Below, piece by piece: positions 11,047 through 17,232 of a stretch of DNA of 46,066 nt. Below the pieces are notes generated by a model. It was not told the DNA's origin and searched no databases. It saw only the letters and a list, made by a program, of their open reading frames with translations. This DNA comes from Parcubacteria group bacterium Gr01-1014_2 (GTDB taxonomy: Bacteria > Patescibacteriota > Minisyncoccia > 2-02-FULL-40-12), in the NCBI GenBank assembly GCA_007376425.1, contig VMGG01000001.1:1-46066 (forward strand). Direction: 5' to 3'. A program made the position numbers and the translations under genes. The first letter of the stretch is position 1. Each line of letters begins with the position of its first letter.

Positions 11047-12123
11047 ATGTTAAACGAAGAGAAAATTATTATTGATGCCGTTAAAAAAGCCTCGCCCAGC
11101 GTCGTCAGTGTTATTATTTCAAAACATATGCCTAAGGCTAAACGAATGCTGCTTTCGCCTTTTGGCTCTATTGAAATTCCATTACCTCATGCGAAAGAAG
11201 ACCCTCCTTCGCCAAAGGCTTCGGAAGGGCACAGCAAAAAAAATCATGTCCAAATCGGCGGCGGCTCCGGGTTTATCGTCAATTCGAATAACGAGCACAG
11301 TTTAATTCTGACCAATAAGCATGTAGTCCATGACCATGATGCCGAATACACGGTTTTGATAGACGATAAAGAATACGAAGCTCAAGTCATTTCTGTTGAC
11401 CCTTTAAATGACATTGCCATGCTTAAAATAAAAGTCGGCGGACTGCCGATAGTTAAACTTGGCAATTCATCGAAAATCCAAATCGGCCAAACCGTCATTG
11501 CCATTGGCACCGCTCTGGGAATGTTCACTAATACTGTTTCCAAAGGAATTGTCTCGGGACTGGCTCGACGGATTGCCGCTTCGCTTGGCACCGGCGAGGA
11601 AACCGAAGTTTTAAGAGGGGTAATCCAAACCGACGTCGCCATCAACCAGGGAAACTCTGGCGGGCCGCTGATTAATACCGAAGGCGAGGTTATCGGCATC
11701 AATACGGCCATAATTTTCGGCGCCCAAAATATCGGCTTTGCCCTGCCAATTAATTGGGCTAAAAAAGATGTAGACGATATATTAAAATACGGAAAGATTG
11801 AAAGGCCGTATCTGGGACTTCGCTATATGATGCTCAATAAAAAACTAAAAGAGCAATATGAACTTGGCGCCGAAGCCGGGGCCTTAGTCATAAAAGACCA
11901 CTTGCCCAATTCGCAGGCAGTCGTAAAAGGAAGCCCGGCAGATAAAGCCGGCATAAAAGAGAATGATGTAATCGTCGCGGTAAATGAAAAACAGCTGGAC
12001 GAAAAGATGGAGCTAGCTGACTTAATCCAAGAATTCAAAATTGGCGATGAAGTGGAAATGACTCTCTTAAGGGACGGGAAGGAAACAGTAAAGACAAAAG
12101 TGAAGCTGGAAGAGATGAAATAG
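11047..12123 (+). CDS. htrA: HtrA/DegP-family serine protease with a PDZ domain
   Basis: It has a trypsin-fold catalytic set (TNKHVV, DIAMLKI, GNSGGPLIN) and a C-terminal PDZ-like domain (GALVIKD...SPADKAGIKENDVIVAVN). Confidence 0.9.
   Translation: MLNEEKIIIDAVKKASPSVVSVIISKHMPKAKRMLLSPFGSIEIPLPHAKEDPPSPKASEGHSKKNHVQIGGGSGFIVNSNNEHSLILTNKHVVHDHDAEYTVLIDDKEYEAQVISVDPLNDIAMLKIKVGGLPIVKLGNSSKIQIGQTVIAIGTALGMFTNTVSKGIVSGLARRIAASLGTGEETEVLRGVIQTDVAINQGNSGGPLINTEGEVIGINTAIIFGAQNIGFALPINWAKKDVDDILKYGKIERPYLGLRYMMLNKKLKEQYELGAEAGALVIKDHLPNSQAVVKGSPADKAGIKENDVIVAVNEKQLDEKMELADLIQEFKIGDEVEMTLLRDGKETVKTKVKLEEMK
11202..11229 (+). repeat. GC-rich palindromic mini-element, in-frame inside htrA (encodes PPSPKASEG)
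   Basis: The sequence is ccctccttcgccaaaggcttcggaaggg. Its reverse complement carries the core cgaagcc-ttt-ggcgaa shared with the copies at 12211 and 17329. Confidence 0.7.
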
Positions 12124-12130
12124 ATAAAAC

Positions 12131-12163
12131 AAAAAAACTGGCGATATTCTAGCCAGTTTTTTT
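12131..12163 (+). terminator. Intrinsic terminator after htrA (A-run/T-run, possibly bidirectional)
   Basis: The sequence is aaaaaaactggc-gatattcta-gccagttttttt, followed by gtttt. Confidence 0.8.
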
Positions 12164-12170
12164 GTTTTGT

Positions 12171-12209
12171 GCCGTGCACTCCGTCGCTTTCAGCTATGAA
12201 GTGCACGGC
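12171..12209. repeat. GC-rich hairpin element (10-bp perfect stem)
   Basis: gccgtgcact ... agtgcacggc encloses ccgtcgctttcagctatga. Confidence 0.7.
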
Positions 12210-12210
12210 G

Positions 12211-12236
12211 CACTGCGAAGCCTTGGCGAAGCAGTG
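12211..12236. repeat. GC-rich palindromic mini-element, intergenic copy
   Basis: The sequence is cactgc-gaagcc-tt-ggcgaa-gcagtg. It has the same architecture and core as the valS copy tcctcc-gtagcc-tc-ggcgaa-ggagga. Confidence 0.75.
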
Positions 12237-12299
12237 GAAAACTCTGGTAATGGAATTATATGGGTATGGAGATTGGCTTCGCCTCTCGCCTCGCCGCCA

Positions 12300-12566
12300 T
12301 TATAATTTAGTAGATAAATCTTTTTGAAATCTCTTGATTAACATTTCTTTTTTGTCTCGCCGCCATTTTTTAATCTGGATTTCCCTTTTCCTTGCTTCTT
12401 TAAGAGTTTTGTATTCTTCCTGAAATACTAAAATAAATTTACTTTTTGATTTAGTGAATTGAGCACCTTGCCCAGTATTATGGTAGTAAGTTCTATTTTT
12501 TAAGTTTGTGGTAATTCCGACATAAAGTTTACCTTTGGAATTTTTTAACATATACACAAAATACAT
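12300..12566 (-). CDS. GIY-YIG nuclease family protein (small, stand-alone)
   Basis: The motifs are YFVYMLKNSKGKLYVGITTNLKNRTYYHN...KEARKREIQIKKW. I place the start at Met10 of the track ORF because codons 1-9 overlap a terminator hairpin. Confidence 0.8.
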   Translation of the reverse strand: MYFVYMLKNSKGKLYVGITTNLKNRTYYHNTGQGAQFTKSKSKFILVFQEEYKTLKEARKREIQIKKWRRDKKEMLIKRFQKDLSTKL

Positions 12567-12581
12567 AACGTTATAATAAAT

Positions 12582-12611
12582 AAAACACCGCATTTTTCAA
12601 TGTGGTGTTTT
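12582..12611 (-). terminator. Intrinsic terminator downstream of ssrA
   Basis: On the minus strand, aaaacaccac-attgaaaaa-tgcggtgtttt is followed by atttatt. The stem is 8 bp with one G-U pair. Confidence 0.65.
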
Positions 12612-12707
12612 ATCGAGGTGCCCCTCGACGTTGCTCGGGGCACTCTCCTCGCTATCATTTTATGTGGCTCGCCACGAGCGAGCCGAATGATAATGAGGCG
12701 AGTCGAG

Positions 12708-13061
12708 TGGAGGTGGGGAGATTGAACCCCCGTCCGGGAAAATCTTTGGAAAAACGTTTAGCAAGTTTAAATCGGTTTAAATCAAACCCGAAGTGAGAAA
12801 CCGACAAAATCTCCGGGCGCCTAAAAAATAAAAGGTGCTACAGAAATTTATTAGGTATAAACCTCTGTGTTTTCTCTCGGTGTCTGACGCTCTATTCTGC
12901 TACCGAGAACCTTGCAGATAGAACGCGCTTGCGGTTTTTAGGCGTAAGCGTAATTAGGTGAATAATTTGCACCTATTTGATTAGCCGAATTTTTAATGTG
13001 ATGACGGCCATTCACAACCTGCCGTTTAACTTCAGATGATTCCGTCGAAACTCGCACCCCC
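12708..13061 (-). ncRNA. ssrA: tmRNA (SsrA)
   Basis: The minus-strand 5' end is GGGGGTGCGAGTTTCGACGGAA. The 3' end is GGGGGTTCAATCTCCC-CACCTCC-A. The acceptor GGGGGTG/CACCTCC contains a G3-U70 pair, and CCA is not encoded. The tag ORF is GCA AAT TAT TCA CCT AAT TAC GCT TAC GCC TAA (12970..12938), giving ANYSPNYAYA. smpB is the adjacent gene. Confidence 0.85.
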
Positions 13062-13083
13062 GTATTTAAATTATTTCTTGTTA

Positions 13084-13536
13084 TTAAATTTTTCGGTATT
13101 GTTTTAAGACTCTTTCTATCTTTCTTTTTTCTTCTTTCTTTCTTATAGAAGTTCTTTTATCGTATTTCCTTTTGGCTTTTGCCAAGCCGATTTCAATCTT
13201 TACTTTACCTTTCTTATCATACACTTTCAAAGGGACTATTGTCAAGCCGCGTTCTTTTGATTTCCCGACTAAACCAGCAATTTCTTTTCTATTCAAAAGA
13301 AGCTTTCTGTTTCTTTCAGGCTCATAATTTTTGGGTGTATTTTTTGGCTGGTAAGGAGCAATGGTTGCGCCAATTAAAAATGCTTCCCCATCAATTATTT
13401 GTATATAAGAGCCTAAAATTGAAATTTTCCCGCTTCTTACTGCTTTGACTTCATGACCCTCAAGAACTATCCCCGCCTCAAAATTTTCAATTATTTCGTA
13501 ATCATGCCAGGCTTTTTTGTTTTCAGCATAAGCCAT
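13084..13536 (-). CDS. smpB: SsrA-binding protein SmpB
   Basis: NKKAWHDYEIIENFEAGIVLEGHEVKAVR...LLLNRKEI matches SmpB throughout. Confidence 0.95.
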   Translation of the reverse strand: MAYAENKKAWHDYEIIENFEAGIVLEGHEVKAVRSGKISILGSYIQIIDGEAFLIGATIAPYQPKNTPKNYEPERNRKLLLNRKEIAGLVGKSKERGLTIVPLKVYDKKGKVKIEIGLAKAKRKYDKRTSIRKKEEKRKIERVLKQYRKI

Positions 13537-13607
13537 AAATAAATTAAATCAATTATGACCTAAAAACGCAAAGCCGCCTCGTCTCAATTCAATGAAACTT
13601 GACGGCT

Positions 13608-13811
13608 TCACAGATTTCTCAGGCGTCGAATAAAAATAATTCTTCGCGGCCATGTGGATAGACTGCGAATAATTTCCAACAGACCCATTCTTTTTGACCT
13701 GGCAGCCGCAAGCTCGGTCTGACCAAACAAAACTTCTTGAATACGGGTTTGCTTGACAGGATTCAGATCTGACGCCTTGGAAACTATGGGAAAGTGCTCT
13801 TGCTTACTCAC
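13608..13811 (-). CDS. Hypothetical small protein (67 aa)
   Basis: It has a GTG start preceded by GGGGGTGAAAGG (SD-like). No family is recognised. GC is higher than in the neighbours. Confidence 0.35.
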   Translation of the reverse strand: MSKQEHFPIVSKASDLNPVKQTRIQEVLFGQTELAAARSKRMGLLEIIRSLSTWPRRIIFIRRLRNL

Positions 13812-13878
13812 CTTTCACCCCCTTTCTGATTTGCTAATAAAAGCTATACCACAAATATATACAAAATAAAACTACTTT

Positions 13879-14031
13879 CCCCGCACCTTTTGTGAACTAA
13901 TTCTTTCTTGCATTGATAACATAAGCTTTAATTCAAGGTCTTACCTTAGACAAAGCAAGACTTTCTAAGAAAGTGGTGATGAAAGAATCAAATCAATGCT
14001 AGTTCACAAAAGGTGCGGGGTTTTATTTTTT
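13879..14031 (+). promoter_or_regulatory. Structured leader / attenuator-like element upstream of infC
   Basis: A perfect 21-nt inverted repeat, ccccgcaccttttgtgaacta (13879-13899) / tagttcacaaaaggtgcgggg (14000-14020), is followed immediately by ttttatttttt. Inner complementary pairs include ttctttc/gaaagaa. Confidence 0.5.
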
Positions 14032-14582
14032 CAAGGTTTGTGATAAACTCTAACAGAGTGTCTAATTTTAGGCGTCCGCGAGCAAATTTTCATATCAGGG
14101 TCCCCCAGGTTTTAGTTATTGACGAAAAAGGAGAAAAACTTGGGGTTTTAAATACTTCTGAAGCGCTTAAAATGGCTCAAGAAAAAGGATTTGACCTCGT
14201 TGAAATAGTGCCAAATCCTCCCGGTGGCGGGCCGCCGATAGTTCGAATTATGGATTTAGGCAAATGGCTTTACGAAAAAGGAAAATCAGAAAAGAAAAAA
14301 ACAAAAGGAGCAAAAACAGAGGTTAAGATAATCAGAATCGGTTTAACTACCGGCATTCACGATTTAGAGATCAAGGCCAAAAAAGTTGAAGAATTTTTAA
14401 AAGAAAATCATAAAGTTCATATTGAGCTTCAACTAAGAGGCAGACAGATAACAATGAAAGACTTGGGAAGAGAAAAAATCAGAGAATTTTTGAAAATCAT
14501 AAAAGAAAAACAAGATTTTGAAACAGAAAGTGACATAAAAAGCCAGGGCCGGAGCTTAAGCATCGTAATCAAGAAGAAATAG
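14013..14582 (+). CDS. infC: Translation initiation factor IF-3 (start codon uncertain, probably non-AUG downstream of 14013)
   Basis: IRVPQVLVIDEKGEKLGVLNTSEALKMAQEKGFDLVEI plus the C-domain KIIRIGLTTGIHDLEIKAKKVEEFL match IF3. Start candidates are GTG 14040, ATA 14043 and GTG 14058. The track start at 14013 lies inside the leader stem. Confidence 0.85.
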   Translation: MRGFIFSRFVINSNRVSNFRRPRANFHIRVPQVLVIDEKGEKLGVLNTSEALKMAQEKGFDLVEIVPNPPGGGPPIVRIMDLGKWLYEKGKSEKKKTKGAKTEVKIIRIGLTTGIHDLEIKAKKVEEFLKENHKVHIELQLRGRQITMKDLGREKIREFLKIIKEKQDFETESDIKSQGRSLSIVIKKK

Positions 14583-14607
14583 CATGCGAATAAGAATAAA
14601 TAATAAA

Positions 14608-14805
14608 ATGTCAAAAGGATTCAGACCAAAAAAAGCGCTTTTAAAACGCATCAAAATTACCGGCAAAGGTAAAATGTTTCGCCGCCAGACGCGGCTTAAT
14701 CATTTTAATGCCAAAGATACCGGAGAAGGCACGAGGCGCAAAAGAAAAGAATCTTTGATTGCCAAAGCCGATGAAAAAGCAATGAAACAGTTATTGCCGC
14801 TTTGA
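14608..14805 (+). CDS. rpmI: 50S ribosomal protein L35
   Basis: MSKGFRPKKALLKRIKITGKGKMFRRQ...HFNAKDTGEGTRRKRK matches L35. The track ORF begins 8 codons upstream at 14584. Confidence 0.85.
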   Translation: MSKGFRPKKALLKRIKITGKGKMFRRQTRLNHFNAKDTGEGTRRKRKESLIAKADEKAMKQLLPL

Positions 14806-14843
14806 AGTTAAATAATAGACACGTAATTTAGAAATTAGCGCAC

Positions 14844-15197
14844 ATGACCAGAGTTAAAAGAGGAACAATTGCTAATAAACGAAGGAAAAAACTCTTAAAA
14901 GCAGCCAAAGGTTTTAAGTGGTCAAGAAAAAACAAATACCGGGCAGCCAAAGAAGGAATTTATCATGCCTGGAAAAATGCTTTTATTGGCCGGAAGCAGA
15001 AAAAAAGAAATATGCGCCGGCTCTGGAATGTAAAGATAAACGCCGGTGTCAGGATGAACTCCGAAAACGGAATGAATTACAGCAAATTCATTAACGGCCT
15101 TAAAAAAGCGAATATTGAGTTGGACCGAAAGGTTTTGGCCCAGCTCGGCGAAAATCACCCGGAAGTTTTTAAGAAGATCTTAGAAATAATTAAATAA
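14844..15197 (+). CDS. rplT: 50S ribosomal protein L20
   Basis: MTRVKRGTIANKRRKKLLKAAKGF...RKQKKRNMRRLWNVKINAGVR matches L20. Confidence 0.95.
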   Translation: MTRVKRGTIANKRRKKLLKAAKGFKWSRKNKYRAAKEGIYHAWKNAFIGRKQKKRNMRRLWNVKINAGVRMNSENGMNYSKFINGLKKANIELDRKVLAQLGENHPEVFKKILEIIK

Positions 15198-15203
15198 AAA
15201 AAA

Positions 15204-15240
15204 CCGCTCTGAACTTGTCGAAGGGCGGTTTTTTGTTTTA
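15204..15240 (+). terminator. Intrinsic terminator after rplT
   Basis: A 7-bp stem (ccgctct-gaacttgtcga-agggcgg) is followed by ttttttgtttt. Confidence 0.8.
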
Positions 15241-15968
15241 GTAGCCCCGACGGGATTTTATCAATCTAAACTTTTAATAATGCCATCAATTAAACCTTTG
15301 ATTTTGAAAAATTCTTGTCGACGACTAACTCTAAGTTGAAGTGTTCCATATGGCAGTAAATGTTTAGGTCTTTTTCTTTGGCTTGCTCTACTTAAAGCAA
15401 CTTGATAACGAAAATTTTCTTTAGGAATTTTAGTAATACTTTGCCAGTAATCTACTGATTTTTTTGGATTTAAATTAGGATAAATCATGACTTGTCCTTT
15501 TATTTTCTCTTTAGAAATGCCGAGTATTCTTTTAAGAAACTCAATAAAAGCGGCTATCATTTGAGGATCTGAATTACCAAAACAAATATAAGGATAAGTA
15601 CCATTTCTTTTAATGTTGAAATTTTTATAGCCCTCTCCCCAGTATAAAGCAGCCCCAAGTATCATCAACTCTCGATTACTTAGATTATTAATTTTAGATT
15701 CATAATCTTTTCTAATTCTTTCATTCTCTTCTTTAATATTTAAAGTTCTTATTTTATTAAATTCAATTAACTTAAGATAGCCATTGCCCCTTTTTGATTC
15801 AATAATTCTTTGAGCTTTTTTACTAACCTTTAATTTAGAAAACCAAACACTAAGGGTAGATTTTGGAATCCCAAAAGTATTTCTAATCTCTCCGTAAGTT
15901 TTACCTTCTAGACGAAGCGCTAATGCTGTTTGATAATCCTTTCTTGGATTCATGTAGCCCCAAGGGGA
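15241..15968 (-). mobile_element. Single-gene insertion (HTH + LAGLIDADG-like ORF) abutting tRNA-Glu, bracketed by a 15-nt imperfect direct repeat
   Basis: gtagccccgacggga (15241-15255) and gtagccccaagggga (15954-15968) match at 13/15 positions. The second copy is the 3' end of tRNA-Glu. Confidence 0.5.
15261..15953 (-). CDS. HTH-containing LAGLIDADG-like homing-endonuclease-type protein
   Basis: The N-terminus has a resolvase-type HTH (KTYGEIRNTFGIPKSTLSVWF). There is a single motif, LMILGAALYWGEGYK. The ATG sits 2 nt after the tRNA-Glu discriminator position. Confidence 0.6.
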   Translation of the reverse strand: MNPRKDYQTALALRLEGKTYGEIRNTFGIPKSTLSVWFSKLKVSKKAQRIIESKRGNGYLKLIEFNKIRTLNIKEENERIRKDYESKINNLSNRELMILGAALYWGEGYKNFNIKRNGTYPYICFGNSDPQMIAAFIEFLKRILGISKEKIKGQVMIYPNLNPKKSVDYWQSITKIPKENFRYQVALSRASQRKRPKHLLPYGTLQLRVSRRQEFFKIKGLIDGIIKSLD

Positions 15969-16026
15969 GTCGCACCCCTATTTGCTTCTTGAAAGAAAGC
16001 TGTCCTAACTGTTAGACGATGGGGCC
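15955..16026 (-). tRNA. tRNA-Glu (anticodon UUC), atypical loops
   Basis: The minus strand reads GGCCCCA TC GTCT AACAGTTA GGAC A GCTTT CTTTCAA GAAGC AAAT AGGGG TGCGACT CCCCT TGGGGCT A. The D-loop lacks GG, the T-loop is TGCGACT and there is a G1-U72 wobble. Confidence 0.7.
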
Positions 16027-16121
16027 GTGATATAAACTAACGATTACATAATAACAAATAATTATCGTTAGTTCAATACTAAATGTTGATAATTAATGGA
16101 GAAATGATAGAATTTAAGACT

Positions 16122-17204
16122 ATGAAAATTCTTGGAATTGAGACATCCTGCGATGAAACTTCAATTGCAATTCTTAATGTAAATCCTCCTACGCATAAAG
16201 CTTCGAAAGGACACTTGGGACGAATTAAAGTATTATCTAATATTATATCGTCCCAAGTCAAAATTCACGCCCCTTATGGAGGCGTTGTTCCATCACTAGC
16301 GGCAAGGGAACACGAAAAAAATCTTAAACCGGTTTTTGAAAAAGCTCTAAAGGGGGCCAAAACTGAAATGACAGATATAGATTTAATTGCCGTAACTATC
16401 GGCCCGGGCCTTGAAATCGCTTTATGGAAAGGAATTAATTTCGCAAAATCAATCGCCCAAGAATTTAAAAAACCACTTATTGCCGTAAATCATCTGGAAG
16501 GACACATCTACTCGAATTGGTTACCGCCACTCAATAAAACTAAAACCCTTCGAAGCTTTAGCGAAGTAGGGCCGGCCCTTAATTTAATCGTTTCCGGCGG
16601 ACATACCCAGCTTGTTTTAATGACCGGTCACGGAAAATTTAAAATCCTCGGCGAAACCCAAGATGACGCCGCCGGCGAGGCTTTTGATAAAATTGCCAAA
16701 ATGATGAGTCTTGGCTATCCGGGAGGGCCGATTGTTTCAAAAATGGCTGAAAAAGGAAACCCCAAAAAATTCCAGTTTCCTCGGCCGATGTTAAACCAAA
16801 AAAACTATAATTTTAGTTTTTCAGGATTAAAGACTGCCGTCTTATATTTGATTAAGGACCTAAGAAATCTTAACGAAAAAATAAAAGCTGACATTTGCGC
16901 TTCTTTTCAACAAGCAGTCATAGATGTATTAGTCCAAAAAACTATTAAAGCGGCGAAAGAATATAAAGTTAAATCAATCTTGCTTTCAGGCGGAGTTTCA
17001 GCTAATAAGCTTTTAAGAAAAACTCTCCAAAAAGAAACAAAAAAACTCAAGCTATTATACTCCCAGCCGGATTTGCAATATACGGGCGATAATGCAGCAA
17101 TGACTGCAGCAGTTGGCTACTATAAATTTAAATATAAAAAGCATAAAATGCCTAATTTTGAAAGTTTGGTTGTTGACGCTAACTTACCCGTTAAAAATTG
17201 GTAA
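16122..17204 (+). CDS. tsaD: tRNA N6-threonylcarbamoyladenosine synthase TsaD
   Basis: MKILGIETSCDETSIAIL, YGGVVPSLAAREH, NHLEGHI and VSGGHTQL match TsaD. The start is taken at Met14 of the track ORF. Confidence 0.9.
   Translation: MKILGIETSCDETSIAILNVNPPTHKASKGHLGRIKVLSNIISSQVKIHAPYGGVVPSLAAREHEKNLKPVFEKALKGAKTEMTDIDLIAVTIGPGLEIALWKGINFAKSIAQEFKKPLIAVNHLEGHIYSNWLPPLNKTKTLRSFSEVGPALNLIVSGGHTQLVLMTGHGKFKILGETQDDAAGEAFDKIAKMMSLGYPGGPIVSKMAEKGNPKKFQFPRPMLNQKNYNFSFSGLKTAVLYLIKDLRNLNEKIKADICASFQQAVIDVLVQKTIKAAKEYKVKSILLSGGVSANKLLRKTLQKETKKLKLLYSQPDLQYTGDNAAMTAAVGYYKFKYKKHKMPNFESLVVDANLPVKNW
16185..16211 (+). repeat. Degenerate palindromic mini-element, in-frame in tsaD (encodes PPTHKASKG)
   Basis: cctcctacgcataaagcttcgaaagga aligns with the htrA copy in the same frame (PPSPKASEGH versus PPTHKASKGH). 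Confidence 0.6.
16546..16571 (+). repeat. Palindromic mini-element, in-frame in tsaD (encodes TLRSFSEVG)
   Basis: The sequence is cccttcgaagctttagcgaagtaggg, with stem cttcg/cgaag and core cgaagc-ttta-gcgaa. Confidence 0.65.
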
Positions 17205-17232
17205 AGCGGTGGATTTCAGATAAAATTAAATA

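Noticed and set aside
12602-12796. 64-aa plus-strand ORF.
   Set aside because: It lies on the antisense of the tmRNA 3' region and trailer hairpins, and the tmRNA interpretation explains the sequence.
13560-13860. A possible SRP RNA, RNase P RNA or other housekeeping RNA in the smpB-infC spacer.
   Set aside because: I could not find the conserved SRP domain IV or RNase P core motifs. The region is better described as a weakly supported small ORF plus the infC leader.
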